Positions 47,255 to 57,609 of a stretch of DNA of 64,000 nucleotides are shown piece by piece. The stretch is from Gloeobacterales cyanobacterium (GTDB lineage: Bacteria; Cyanobacteriota; Cyanobacteriia; Gloeobacterales; PMM-0068). Below the pieces are notes generated by a model, which was given only the letters and a program-made list of their open reading frames with translations, was not told where the DNA came from and ran no database searches. The translations under genes and the position numbers were made by a program. Location: contig JBBRSB010000016.1 in the NCBI GenBank assembly GCA_038245785.1, forward strand, positions 1-64,000, read 5' to 3'. Each line of letters opens with the position of its first letter. Positions within the stretch are counted from its first letter, which is position 1.

Positions 47255-47477
47255 TGTTGAAGTAATTCTTTCTTGAATTTGCATATGCCTGGCAAAGCTC
47301 ATCAAATTTAGTCATCTTTTTTTCCGCGATGCTCCCTCTGGGTCAATTATGCCCCACACCTGTAAAGGCTTGATTTTATCGAGGTCAAGACTTGCAATAA
47401 AGAAAGTCTTCGCCCAGGATTAGCAGCCAGTCCAGGGTATTATAGAATACGTATATGTATACGTCCTAAGTACAGCC

Positions 47478-47702
47478 ATGCACAAAAAAATGACCATCAC
47501 CCTAGATGAAGAAGTTTATGATGCACTCCATCGAGTCGTAGGACGAGGGAATATCAGCCAGTTCATCGAGGATTTGGCTCGTCCTCATGTCCTCAAGGAA
47601 GATCTAGCCTCTGCTTATCAAGCAATGGCCGCAGACACTGAGCGGGAACGGGAGGCAATGGAATGGATCGAGGGCACCATCGGGGATGTAGGGGATGCTT
47701 AG
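47478..47702 (+). CDS. Antitoxin (RHH-like) of a MazF/PemK module
   Basis: [12 protein letters not shown]...[11 protein letters not shown]...[16 protein letters not shown]. Confidence 0.88.
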   Translation: MHKKMTITLDEEVYDALHRVVGRGNISQFIEDLARPHVLKEDLASAYQAMAADTEREREAMEWIEGTIGDVGDA

Positions 47703-48021
47703 GGGTGAGGTTTGGTGGGTTGATTTCGAACCAGCCCTAGGAGGAGAAATTCGTAAGACTCGCCCTGCTGTTATCGTTAGCAATGATGCGGCTAATGCTG
47801 CCCTAAACCGAGTGCAGGTAATCCCTTTAACCACTAACACTGGAAGACTGTATCCCAGCGAGGCAATCGTGATGGTGGATGGCAAGGAAAGCAAGGCCAT
47901 GGCCGACCAGTTGACAACAGCATCCAAAGAACGACTCAAGAATCAGCTTGGGACCCTTTCTTCAAAGGATGTAAAAGCGGTTGAGCGTATTATCAAAATT
48001 CAACTGGGAATGAAGCTTTGA
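47695..48021 (+). CDS. mazF: PemK/MazF family toxin
   Basis: [37 protein letters not shown]. Confidence 0.93.
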   Translation: MLRGEVWWVDFEPALGGEIRKTRPAVIVSNDAANAALNRVQVIPLTTNTGRLYPSEAIVMVDGKESKAMADQLTTASKERLKNQLGTLSSKDVKAVERIIKIQLGMKL

Positions 48022-48156
48022 TACCCCCTGAAGGCATAGGCTTTCTTTAGACAAAGCCTGCGTACTACCTATAGTGAGCTGTCAGGGGGCAACCCTATAT
48101 ATTACAACTTGGCGAATCTTGGAATCCGAAAAATGTGCTATGCAGTTTAACTGGTT

Positions 48157-48576
48157 TTAGTTTTGCTGAGTCGCCACAACCAATTTTTTCAAACCAGCTT
48201 GTCGCGCTGCATCCATAACCCGAACTACATCTTTCTGTTTAGAGTTAGCATCCGCTTGCACTACTAAGACCGTTTGTCCTGTCTCTTTAGCCTGTTTCTC
48301 TAGAGCTGGGAGGAGCGCATCGCCGCTAATCTTGGTTCCATTCAAAGCGTATTGGCCCTTGGCGTCTATGCCGACCGTAATATTTTTCTGCTCCGTCTTG
48401 TCTCCCGATTTGGAGGTAGGAAGTTCTACCTTTAAGCCCGAATCCTGAATCAACGGTGCGGTGATGAGCAAGATAATAACCAGGACCAGGAAGACGTCCG
48501 TGAGCGGTGTTATGTTGATTTCTGTAAAGCCACCGCGACTCCGAGAACCTCGTCCTCCCCCCATCTTTACTGCCAT
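48157..48576 (-). CDS. exbD: Biopolymer transporter ExbD/TolR
   Basis: EINITPLTDVFLVLVII, VELP, ADA...VVRVMD..RQAG. Confidence 0.92.
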   Translation of the reverse strand: MAVKMGGGRGSRSRGGFTEINITPLTDVFLVLVIILLITAPLIQDSGLKVELPTSKSGDKTEQKNITVGIDAKGQYALNGTKISGDALLPALEKQAKETGQTVLVVQADANSKQKDVVRVMDAARQAGLKKLVVATQQN

Positions 48577-48591
48577 GGTCGGAACCTCTTG

Positions 48592-49278
48592 CTAATAGCT
48601 TTGATAGGGTTGGTCGGTGGATGGAGAATAGGCCGATGATTTACCTGCAGGCATCTTGGCGGGCATGCTAGATTCAGAAAAACTGAGGAAGAGGCGCTTT
48701 AAGAGCTGCATATCATCTTCAAATTTGCCCAGAATACTCTGGAAGATGTTGTAGGCCACTACGGCGATGATGGCGATGACCAAACCAGCAGCGGTAGCAA
48801 TGAGCGCGAAACCGATCTCAGAGGCCAGTTGATTACTTCTAGCCCCAGCCTGGGCAAAAGTTTGGAAGGAACGAAGAATTCCGACTACCGTTCCCAGTAG
48901 TCCCAAGAAGGGTGTTACCGCTCCAATCGTTCCCAATATAGAAAGGTTCTGCTCTAACTTGCGCAAACCAAGGCTTGTCGCAATGTCAAAAGCTGATTCA
49001 AAGCCTCTGCGGTTTACTTCTAGCAGCCGAATACCTTCTTGCGCTACATCGCCTAGGACGCCGCCCATATTTTCTGCCATGGACTGAGCAGAATTCATAT
49101 TGCCTGCCTCAAGTTCCCGTTGGACGCGTTCAACGAATTTGCCAACATCTCGGCGGTTGCGGTTCAGGAACAGCGCTCGCTCGAAAATTACGGCTATCGT
49201 CATGACCGAGGCAGCAATCATCGGCAGGGAGATCCACCAATCATTGAAGAGGAATTTTAGAATGTCTTCGAAAATCAT
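48592..49278 (-). CDS. exbB: MotA/TolQ/ExbB proton channel
   Basis: LGTIGAVTPFLGLLGTVVGI, ALIATAAGL. Confidence 0.92.
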   Translation of the reverse strand: MIFEDILKFLFNDWWISLPMIAASVMTIAVIFERALFLNRNRRDVGKFVERVQRELEAGNMNSAQSMAENMGGVLGDVAQEGIRLLEVNRRGFESAFDIATSLGLRKLEQNLSILGTIGAVTPFLGLLGTVVGILRSFQTFAQAGARSNQLASEIGFALIATAAGLVIAIIAVVAYNIFQSILGKFEDDMQLLKRLFLSFSESSMPAKMPAGKSSAYSPSTDQPYQSY

Positions 49279-49521
49279 TGCAGGCTCATGTAGGGATCGG
49301 ATTTGATTAATTGTAGCGAAGTTTTACAAACCATTTCTGGAGAGAGATGCGCTAAATTACTGTACAGCCGTACTTCTCAAAGACAGACCTGCCCCATTAC
49401 CCAAAAGTTCCGGGCCAAAAGTCTTCGAGTATGTACTAAGCATAGCCTAGTGTACCCTTCAGGGATCTTAGCCCCTCGCATACCGATATGCTGGGTTTTG
49501 TATATCGGTCTTAACAAGTTT

Positions 49522-51042
49522 GTGGAAAACACTGAGAAAGTATCGTTCATAGGTGCGGGCCCAGGAGGACTGGATTACTGGACCAAGCGAGGTCTAGAAC
49601 TTTTGCGTAGTGCGGAAGTGGTCCTTTATGACGACCTTTTAGACATCGAATGGCAGAAGGTCATAGGTCCTAGAGCCATCCTCGTTCCTGTGGGTAAACG
49701 AGGAGGACAAGAAACCATATCCCAGCAGGAAATCAACCAACTCCTGATTGAGTACGCCCAGAAAGGCTACAAAGTCGTACGGGTGAAGGCCGGTTCCCCT
49801 TGGCTGTTTGGACGCCTAGCCGAAGAATTGGATGCTTTAGTGGACGCAGGATTTTCTTTCGAGGTAGTACCCGGCATCAGTTCTTCGTTGGAAGCGCTTG
49901 GGTTTGCGGGGATTCCGCTGACAACGAAAACAGATAGTCGATGCTTTGGCGTGTTTTCAGGCCATAATCTCGACCTTATTCCCTGGGCAGGAGTAGCTCA
50001 ACTGGAGACTTTGGTCATTCTGATGGGAACCCGCAATCTCCCAGCCATTGCCCAGCGTCTAGTACAGGAGGGAAAATCCACGACTACACCGCTGGCGGCT
50101 ATCCAATGGGGCGGTACCCCCAGACAAAAGGTTCAAACTACAACCTTAGAAGCCATCCTCCAAGGGGAGAAAGTCCTCGATTCTCCCGCTACGCTCGTGA
50201 TTGGTTCGGTGGTAGAAGCCAGACAGCGGTATCAATGGTTTGATCAAGGACCACTTTTTGGGCAGCAGGTACTGGTAACGAGAGCAGTGACGGGTGAGAA
50301 GGATTCCCTAACACAAGCCCTCCGTTCTTACGGGGCGCTGGTCCTGGAAATGCCTGTTTTAGAAATCACGGCACCTAGCCATTGGGAACCCTTGGATCGG
50401 GCGATTCAGGACCTAAGAAGTTTTCATTGGTTGATGCTGACCTCTGCGCAGGGCGTTCACTATTTCTTTGAGCGTTTACGGGCGGTGGGCTTAGACAGTA
50501 GGGCCTTAGGTGGCGTCAAGATTGCCGTAGTCGGTCAAAAAACGGCAGAAAGCTTACTGCGTCAAGGGATTATTCCTGACTTCATCCCCAGGGCTTTTGT
50601 GGCAGATGCCCTGCTTCAAGAATTCCCCGACCGTGAACAGCTTACAGGCCAAAAAATTCTCTTTCCTCGCGTGGAGTCAGGAGGGCGAGAAGTGCTGACC
50701 GAAGGCTTAAGAGCACTGAGAGCTGATGTGGTAGAAGTTCCGGCCTATCAATCCCGCTGCCCCGACCAAGTCTCTCCAGCAATTATTCAAGCGCTCTCCT
50801 TTGGACAAGTACAAGCGGTAACCTTCACCAGTTCTAAAACCGTCCGTCATTTTTGTACCCTATGCATACAGGCAGGGTTAGATCTCACGCTTATCCTGCA
50901 ATCCGTAACCATCGCTTCCATTGGTCCTCAGACTTCTAAGACCTGCCAGGAACTCCTAGGACGGGTAGATGTGGAAGCAAATCCGTATACGATGCAATCT
51001 CTTGCAGAAGCCCTTGCCAAATTTCAGAGCAAAATAAAGTAA
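49522..51042 (+). CDS. cobA: Uroporphyrinogen-III C-methyltransferase / uroporphyrinogen-III synthase fusion
   Basis: GAGPG, VVLYD, EVVPGISS, then HemD motifs VLVTR, TSAQGV, FTSSKTV, SIGPQTS; GTG at 49522 preferred. Confidence 0.93.
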   Translation: MENTEKVSFIGAGPGGLDYWTKRGLELLRSAEVVLYDDLLDIEWQKVIGPRAILVPVGKRGGQETISQQEINQLLIEYAQKGYKVVRVKAGSPWLFGRLAEELDALVDAGFSFEVVPGISSSLEALGFAGIPLTTKTDSRCFGVFSGHNLDLIPWAGVAQLETLVILMGTRNLPAIAQRLVQEGKSTTTPLAAIQWGGTPRQKVQTTTLEAILQGEKVLDSPATLVIGSVVEARQRYQWFDQGPLFGQQVLVTRAVTGEKDSLTQALRSYGALVLEMPVLEITAPSHWEPLDRAIQDLRSFHWLMLTSAQGVHYFFERLRAVGLDSRALGGVKIAVVGQKTAESLLRQGIIPDFIPRAFVADALLQEFPDREQLTGQKILFPRVESGGREVLTEGLRALRADVVEVPAYQSRCPDQVSPAIIQALSFGQVQAVTFTSSKTVRHFCTLCIQAGLDLTLILQSVTIASIGPQTSKTCQELLGRVDVEANPYTMQSLAEALAKFQSKIK

Positions 51043-51126
51043 TGAGTTGTCCTCCAGCCATGTCACTCAGAGCTCATTTTGCACCGAGTTAGCTAGACTG
51101 GACTTAGCTAGTTTCAGGGTTTATCG

Positions 51127-51366
51127 ATGTATCAAGCAAATATGCATGAGGCCAAGAGCAAGCTTTCCCAATTGGTTGAAATGGTCCTAGCGGGTGAAGA
51201 GGTGATTATCAACAGAGCGGGGAAGCCTGTAGCCAAGTTGATCGCTTATCAAGAAGAGCAAGAAGATCGAGCTTTGGGGGCATTGAAAGGAAAATTATGG
51301 ATATCCCCAGATTTCGATGAGCTCCCCCCAGACCTTGAAGCAGCCTTCTATGGTGAAAATGTATGA
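51127..51366 (+). CDS. Phd/YefM family antitoxin
   Basis: NMHEAKSKLSQLVE..LAGEEVII.RAGKPVAKL; ttagctag repeated twice upstream (51089-51111). Confidence 0.92.
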   Translation: MYQANMHEAKSKLSQLVEMVLAGEEVIINRAGKPVAKLIAYQEEQEDRALGALKGKLWISPDFDELPPDLEAAFYGENV

Positions 51367-51740
51367 GATTGCTGCTAGATACCCATGTATTGCTGTGGGC
51401 TTTAGCAGACGATTCTGAGTTATCCGAAAGCATGCGGTCCAGTATTGTCTACAGAAAGAATGAAGTCTTTGTCAGTACTGCTAGCATTTGGGAAATCTCT
51501 ATCAAAGAAGCCATAGGGAAGTTAAAAACTGCTGAAAACCTTTTGGAATTTATCGCCCAGGCAAGATTTATAGTCCTGCTGATCATGGCTAACCACGCTC
51601 AGTTCGCTGGTCGTTTGCCCATGCATCATAGAGACCCTTTTGACCGGATGTTGGTAGCCCAAGCCATCCTTGATGGGCTAATACTGGTCACAAAAGATGG
51701 ACAACTATCGGCTTATCAAGTGCCACTCTTCCCTTGGTAA
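51363..51740 (+). CDS. vapC: VapC/PIN toxin
   Basis: LLDTHVLLW, STASIWE, HHRDPFDRMLVAQA. Confidence 0.93.
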   Translation: MRLLLDTHVLLWALADDSELSESMRSSIVYRKNEVFVSTASIWEISIKEAIGKLKTAENLLEFIAQARFIVLLIMANHAQFAGRLPMHHRDPFDRMLVAQAILDGLILVTKDGQLSAYQVPLFPW

Positions 51741-51829
51741 GACAATCGTGAAGTCTTGATGTAGCAGGGTAAAAAGCGCTGTGGTCCGGGAATTCTGGGG
51801 ACTGTAACGCTTAGTAGAAGAGGCGGACT

Positions 51830-52462
51830 TTGCGTACTCTGTATTGGATTGGTTCAGCCTATATCGCGCTCTGTGCTCTGGTTTTGACTTCTCATGTGCT
51901 GACCTCTGAGACAGATGCTTCCGTAAACACTCCCCCAAGTACCTCTTCAGTGAGCGCGGCTGGAAATTCTCCAGGGGAACGCTGGTTTAACCAAATCAAA
52001 GCCCATTGCAATTCCGTAGAAGTAGCGACGGCGATAGAGTCTTCCCCTTCACCCAAGGACGCTGAGGGGTCTGCGTACAAGGCTGGATGCTATGCCCTGG
52101 CTGGAAAAACGAAGCTTGCCAAAGCGACTATAGACGGATTATCAACCCGTGACCAAGATTATGCAGCTACCATCGTTTTCAATATTGGTCATCCGGTGGC
52201 TGATGCGGGGGACGATGAGTCAGCTGGCCCGATTATGCGCTTGGTGGTTGGCTATCAGCCCTACAACTTCATGGCTTTGTACCATGCAGGGATGTCGGAG
52301 TATGCGATTGGCGAAAACGACCGCGCTACGCTCCACCTGAAGCAATTTTTGACAATTTATCAAAGCAATGATGGCTGGCGACAGAATGCCCTATCCGTAC
52401 TGCAGACGATTGAGAGCGGGTGCGGCTGCAAAGCGAAAAATCTCCTTCAGATGGAAGGCTAA
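51830..52462 (+). CDS. Exported or anchored TPR-like protein
   Basis: N-terminal hydrophobic segment, Ser/Thr linker, TPR-like PYNFMALYHAGMSEYAIGE...LKQFL. Confidence 0.8.
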   Translation: MRTLYWIGSAYIALCALVLTSHVLTSETDASVNTPPSTSSVSAAGNSPGERWFNQIKAHCNSVEVATAIESSPSPKDAEGSAYKAGCYALAGKTKLAKATIDGLSTRDQDYAATIVFNIGHPVADAGDDESAGPIMRLVVGYQPYNFMALYHAGMSEYAIGENDRATLHLKQFLTIYQSNDGWRQNALSVLQTIESGCGCKAKNLLQMEG

Positions 52463-52465
52463 GCG

Positions 52466-54307
52466 ATGACCTATCTTGCTCTAGGGACCCGAGTTCAAGA
52501 CCGCTATGAATTGCTGCGCGAGATTGGTCGCGGAGGCCACTCCATAGTCTATGAAGCTCAAGACCACAAGCTGGAAATGCGGGTAGCGCTCAAGATGATT
52601 GTTCCGCCCCCAGCGGTCGCTCATATCGCCCGTGAACGGATACGTCGGGAAGTGCTAGCCGTCCGGGCCTTAACCCATCCTCATATTGTTCAAGTCTTTG
52701 ACTTATTGGAAGAAGACCCCTGGAATTTTATTGTCATGGAGTTGGTTCTTGGGGCAGATCTGCAAGAGACCGTAAAAAAACAGGGTCCCTTGTCCGCAGA
52801 ATTTGCCACTCAGATTGGTCACGACATAGCTCAGGCTCTGGCTCTAGCCCATCGTCGAGGAGTCTTGCATCGCGATGTGAAGCCCTTGAATATTTTGGTC
52901 GGAGAAGACCGCTTAGCGCGTTTGGCAGACTTTGGTTCTGCCCGTGTCGAAGGTCAAATCACGATGACCCAACTAGGATCTTTTGTTGGGACGCTAGACT
53001 ACACGGCTCCAGAAGTACTGATCGGTAAACGAGCGGATGCCCGTTCCGATATTTTTGCACTGGGCATGACCTTGTATTTCATCTTGACGGGGAAATTTCC
53101 AGACCGCCCTTCACCTAATTTCCCTCCAGCCCCGGCTCCCCAAGGCCATCATCCCCGCAGCGAAAGGCTAGAAATTCCTGACTGGTTGGATAGCATCGTA
53201 GCCCAAGCCACCCGTTCCGACCCGTCGATGCGCTTTCCTACCGCGCACAGTATGGCTGAGGCATTGAAACAGCGCACCTTAGCTTCCAGCAAAAAAAGCT
53301 TTTCTAAAGCCCAAGTTTGCCTGGTATGCAGTGCCCCAGATCCGCTGAGTCTTTCGGTTTGTTCCAGCTGTAGAAGTGCGACGACCGAACCTGTGGATAC
53401 CCTCGTGGTCTCCTATCCTCCCGCCGGACCAGAGGCCAGACAAGTCTTAGAAGATACGCTCGTTGAACTATTTGAAGTTTCTGTCGTTGAGGTACAGGAA
53501 GCCCTAGAAGGGACTCGTCCCTTACTCTTGGTTCCGTCCAGTAGTGCATCCGCTATCGTGGCACAGCTAGCGACCCATAAGGTCTCTGCCCGCGCTCTCC
53601 CTACAAAGCAAGCCTGGCGTTTGATCCCAGTTCCTTTCTATGGTTTTCTAGCAGGGATGACAGGATTTGGCTGTTTGGTCGGTCTCTGGGCCTTACCTGT
53701 GCTGCTGTGGACCAGTATGGTCTTGGGGAGCGTTCTCTTTTTCGTGGCCTATCAGTCAGCAAGAAAGCCTCTGATAGAGCTGCAAGCGTCACCCACCTCA
53801 GAAGATCTTCCGCCTGCCGTAAAAACGAAAGTGGTGCAAGTGCTTTCGCTACTGCCTTCTGGAACGGCCCGGAGTTTGCTATCGGATGTAGTCTATCTGG
53901 GGCAAGACCTGCGCAAAACCTTCGCTCAAACCAAATCGATTCCCTCAGATGTCGAACGCTATGCTGGTGAGTTGCTCATTGCTGCCTGCAATTCAGCTTT
54001 GGTCCTAGAGCGACTAGACCGCACCCTCGTCCGTCTAGAAATTCAGCGTCTAGAGTTTTCAGACCTGCCTGCAGAATGGCTTGAAGGATTGAACAAGTGT
54101 GAACAAACGCGGGACTGTCTGGTGCAAAAACTGTTAGAAACGGTGGCGATGTTGGGGATTGCTCAGAGTCAAGCCGTTCTCGCCCCTCGAGGCGTTGGCC
54201 AACAGCTGGCAGAAATCAATACAGAACTACGTCGTGAACTCCACATCCAAGCTGAAGTGACCCGCGAATTTGAGAAGTTATTCCATCCCCTGCCTCTCAA
54301 GGCGTAG
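52466..54307 (+). CDS. Hanks-type Ser/Thr protein kinase with zinc ribbon, TM pair and helical C-terminus
   Basis: GRGGHSIVY, VALK, HRDVKPLN, DFG, GTLDYTAPE, SDIFALG; CLVC..CSSC; two TM segments. Confidence 0.93.
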   Translation: MTYLALGTRVQDRYELLREIGRGGHSIVYEAQDHKLEMRVALKMIVPPPAVAHIARERIRREVLAVRALTHPHIVQVFDLLEEDPWNFIVMELVLGADLQETVKKQGPLSAEFATQIGHDIAQALALAHRRGVLHRDVKPLNILVGEDRLARLADFGSARVEGQITMTQLGSFVGTLDYTAPEVLIGKRADARSDIFALGMTLYFILTGKFPDRPSPNFPPAPAPQGHHPRSERLEIPDWLDSIVAQATRSDPSMRFPTAHSMAEALKQRTLASSKKSFSKAQVCLVCSAPDPLSLSVCSSCRSATTEPVDTLVVSYPPAGPEARQVLEDTLVELFEVSVVEVQEALEGTRPLLLVPSSSASAIVAQLATHKVSARALPTKQAWRLIPVPFYGFLAGMTGFGCLVGLWALPVLLWTSMVLGSVLFFVAYQSARKPLIELQASPTSEDLPPAVKTKVVQVLSLLPSGTARSLLSDVVYLGQDLRKTFAQTKSIPSDVERYAGELLIAACNSALVLERLDRTLVRLEIQRLEFSDLPAEWLEGLNKCEQTRDCLVQKLLETVAMLGIAQSQAVLAPRGVGQQLAEINTELRRELHIQAEVTREFEKLFHPLPLKA

Positions 54308-54457
54308 CTTTGCCTGTTGATCTTGTACTGACTGCCAACATTGCGACGCGCATATTGAGATTGGCTCGGCTTGATGAATATAGCCTTGTGGTTAAGAAGT
54401 GTTAGGTAGAGAAATTTGTCTGTGTAATGACTACTAAAATTATGAGTATTTCAAAGA

Positions 54458-54925
54458 TTGACACATCTAATGAATCCAAAAGACATTCTTTCAAAAGCTG
54501 AAATGACAAAAGAGCGAATGCCTCAAGAGTTGTCAATTTGGGTAGAAGATCGCCATAGTCTGTTCTGGACTTCCAAGGAATCACGAAAATACTGTAGAGA
54601 AGGTCGTGGTCTTTCCAAGAAATTTATTAAATCAGAAGGAGGATTAGAAAACCTTCTCTTACTCATCAAGAAAGCGGCTGAAGGCAAATCTAATAAGCCA
54701 TATGGGAGTCAACATATTCTACTTGTTGTGTTCTCGAACTATCTAAGTTTTTTGCTTAAAGAAGAGGATAAATATCCAGAGAATTCAAGTTATATAAAAA
54801 GCTTTAAAGACTCTGTATATAGGGATATAGTGACGTTACCCCTCGATTTTCAGATAGTCTATGTTTTTGATTATTCTAGTAGTATTTTTTTGCCGATTCC
54901 AATAGAAAAGTATAATTTGGGTTAG
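54458..54925 (+). CDS. AT-rich hypothetical protein or fragment
   Basis: 155-aa ORF, visibly lower GC, weak TTG start. Confidence 0.45.
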   Translation: MTHLMNPKDILSKAEMTKERMPQELSIWVEDRHSLFWTSKESRKYCREGRGLSKKFIKSEGGLENLLLLIKKAAEGKSNKPYGSQHILLVVFSNYLSFLLKEEDKYPENSSYIKSFKDSVYRDIVTLPLDFQIVYVFDYSSSIFLPIPIEKYNLG

Positions 54926-55197
54926 TACATCTAACCCACTGCCGATTAAGAAAAATCTTAGGAATGGTTTAGCAGTATCTAGAGACAAAATCAAATGGTT
55001 GTCGATGTCTACAAATCTATCTAAGTTACTGCCCACACAGCGCCATAGCTTGAGAAGGCTCTTGTGGTAAAGATTGCTCGCGTGGCAATATCTGAGCGCT
55101 ATAGAGCAGGGACAGAAGTTGACTTCATCGCCTGATCTGGCATGCGGACGCATCTGCTCAACTTGCCATAGCTCCTATAAATATTCTAGGGACTTTT

Positions 55198-56004
55198 TTA
55201 TGGGTTTTCTGGATTCGAGGTTGCTTGAGCTACGGCTTCGATTTTTTCTAGGGGCAGATGGAGTGCCTGGGCTATTTGTTCTAGGCTGAGACCCAATTTG
55301 AGTAATTCAGGCACAGTTTCCAGCTTGCCTTCCAATTTGCCTGCCAGCTTGCCTTTACTCTCTATCGACTTATAAAGCCTAGATTGCTCGAACTCACTGT
55401 CTGTTATCGTCAGCATTGCCTCTATCTCCTCGTCGCTCATACTAGAGAACTTGTAGGAAACCACTGTCTCAATTAGTTCTATCATATCCCTTCGGATAGG
55501 CTCCCTTGCCTCAGACCGTACTTGTTCCAGAAGTCGTCTTGCTTTTTCTGCTGCTGTGGTTTCCGGTTCTACGACCAGTTTAAGAATACCCAGACTCATG
55601 GATGCTCCTTCTTCATCTACTTCATCCAGATAAATTCGCTCCACCTGATTACAGTTCAACAGGGCTCGATAGTGAGATGAATCATCGGGCTCCACGTTCC
55701 TGCCAGGGAAAATGACTACCGCACGCCAATCACTGGGCTCTGGGTACTGTCTCAAGTACAGAAAAATCTCAGAGAAGAACCGAGCATAAAATTGAGGATC
55801 CTCCTGAAACTGCACTTCTGCAAAATAAACGGGCTGGGCAGGACGACTCGGCAGAAATATGCCATCGATACGAAAGGCAGTCTGCTTAATTTCCACGGAC
55901 CGAAATTGATAGCCCTCGGCTTGTTCTGGAGACTGACCAATAAGAGAGAAGAAACTGCCTGGCAGGGTCTGAAAAATTCGGTAGAAGAGGCTATCTGTTT
56001 TCAC
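55198..56004 (-). CDS. Rpn family recombination-promoting nuclease/putative transposase (DUF2887)
   Basis: MKTDSLFYRIFQ, FRSVEIKQTAFRIDGIF, FAEVQFQ, GKLEGKLE, GLSLEQIAQAL. Confidence 0.92.
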   Translation of the reverse strand: MKTDSLFYRIFQTLPGSFFSLIGQSPEQAEGYQFRSVEIKQTAFRIDGIFLPSRPAQPVYFAEVQFQEDPQFYARFFSEIFLYLRQYPEPSDWRAVVIFPGRNVEPDDSSHYRALLNCNQVERIYLDEVDEEGASMSLGILKLVVEPETTAAEKARRLLEQVRSEAREPIRRDMIELIETVVSYKFSSMSDEEIEAMLTITDSEFEQSRLYKSIESKGKLAGKLEGKLETVPELLKLGLSLEQIAQALHLPLEKIEAVAQATSNPENP

Positions 56005-56050
56005 AGCGCTTAGTTTAGCGCAGACTGGTCATTAGATTTTATAGCCTCCA

Positions 56051-56884
56051 ATGACCCTTTACCTCGTCGCAACACCGATTGGAAACCTAGAAGACATTAC
56101 CTTGAGAGCCCTACGGTTGCTCAAAGAAGTGGACTTAATTTTGGCGGAGGATACCCGCCATAGTCGCAAACTGTTAAACCACTTTGCAATTACTACGCCG
56201 CTAGAAAGCTATCACCAGCACAGTGGTCCAAAAAGAGTGCAAGTAATTGTCGAACAGCTGGTGCAGGGCAAGACGATGGCCTTGGTCAGTGATGCTGGAA
56301 CACCCGCAGTCAGCGACCCCGGAGTGGAATTAGTCCAAGCTTGCATTGCGCAGAATATCCCTGTAGTGGCACTGCCAGGAGCGAATGCTGTTTTATCTGC
56401 GCTGATTATTTCGGGCTTGCCTACCGACCGTTTTGTCTTTGAAGGATTTCTGGATGACAGCCAGACTAGATGCAGAGAACAGATTACCGCCTGGAAGACG
56501 GAGCCTCGGACCATCGTTTTCTATGAAGCGCCTCACCGCTTGCGAAAAACCCTGGCAGAACTGCTCACCATGCTTGACCCGCAACGTCCTCTGGTCTGGA
56601 CCCGTGAACTTACCAAAATCCACGAACAGGTAGGGCGTGGCAGTCTGCAAGAAGTCCAGCACTATTTCCAAGAGCACGAACCCAAGGGAGAATTCACCCT
56701 TGTCTTAGCTGGCATTACAGAGCATCAACCGAGAGACCTCAGCGATGAATCTTTAGCGCAAGAGTTAAAACGTCTCCTTAAAGCAGGGCAGTCTCCCTCA
56801 GAGGCCGCACGACTTTTAGCAGAAGAAACGGGATTGCCACGCCGCCGAATTTATCGTTTATCGCTGGAACTAGGAGACTTTTGA
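56051..56884 (+). CDS. rsmI: 16S rRNA (cytidine1402-2'-O)-methyltransferase
   Basis: LYLVATPIGNLEDIT, AEDTR, SDAGTP..SDPG, FYEAPHR, RELTKIHE, PKGEF. Confidence 0.96.
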   Translation: MTLYLVATPIGNLEDITLRALRLLKEVDLILAEDTRHSRKLLNHFAITTPLESYHQHSGPKRVQVIVEQLVQGKTMALVSDAGTPAVSDPGVELVQACIAQNIPVVALPGANAVLSALIISGLPTDRFVFEGFLDDSQTRCREQITAWKTEPRTIVFYEAPHRLRKTLAELLTMLDPQRPLVWTRELTKIHEQVGRGSLQEVQHYFQEHEPKGEFTLVLAGITEHQPRDLSDESLAQELKRLLKAGQSPSEAARLLAEETGLPRRRIYRLSLELGDF

Positions 56885-57609
56885 GGTTGAGCAATCGCTC
56901 TTATTTTCTGGATGATGTCATGGACTTTAGCTTCGTCCAGCGTCCCTTCATGACGATCCAGCTCTTTGTCTAGATGCGCGATATCAGTGATATACACTCC
57001 CCGCAGTTTCATCGGTTTCACTTCCGCCCGGGTGAAGCAAAGCACAGGATGAACCGTCAAATCCAAAGCCCGCAGCGCATCTGCCAGGGAACGCGTTTGG
57101 GCCACAAAATCTTTCTTAGGCCAAACCATGCCCATCGGTTGCCGAAAACCAATTCGTCCTTGGGATACCATCATCGTTCCCTGTTGACTCTTGGTTTCTA
57201 CAATCACGATCCCTTTCGGTCCGACCAATAAATGGTCTACGTCGCCGATATCTTTGAGCAAGATGTTGTTAAACAAATGCCAGCCTTCTCTTTCCCGTAA
57301 CAGCTCTTTGAGATGAGCTGATACGACTTCCTCGGCCTTGGCTCCCCGCCGCGCATTGTAGACCAGACGGCTCTGTTGATTTAGGCGATAGCCTAAAAAG
57401 ATCGATAGCAGGCAGAGGAGGGAAGTAAAAAAGACGTCCCTAAATACCAGAGCCGCTACCATGGCTACAACAGAGAAAAATATCGAAAAGAAACCTAAAT
57501 TCAGGGCGGTGAAACGGCGTTTTTTGGCGAGTCCGCGCACGTAAGAACCGGCTGAGTTGCTTTCCAACTCATCGTTATCTTCCATGGGTGTCGATTGGGA
57601 TGAGCTCAC
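56851..57609 (-). CDS. NERD (nuclease-related domain) membrane protein
   Basis: Two TM segments, then GAKAEEVV...GDVDHLLVGPKGIVIVETK. Confidence 0.88.
   Translation of the reverse strand: MSSSQSTPMEDNDELESNSAGSYVRGLAKKRRFTALNLGFFSIFFSVVAMVAALVFRDVFFTSLLCLLSIFLGYRLNQQSRLVYNARRGAKAEEVVSAHLKELLREREGWHLFNNILLKDIGDVDHLLVGPKGIVIVETKSQQGTMMVSQGRIGFRQPMGMVWPKKDFVAQTRSLADALRALDLTVHPVLCFTRAEVKPMKLRGVYITDIAHLDKELDRHEGTLDEAKVHDIIQKIRAIAQPQKSPSSSDKR

Noticed and set aside
49303..49521. Long N-terminal extensions in the ORF track (also at 11549, 18035, 32230, 34349, 44904)
   Set aside because: Family homology starts at downstream start codons; the extensions look like open intergenic sequence
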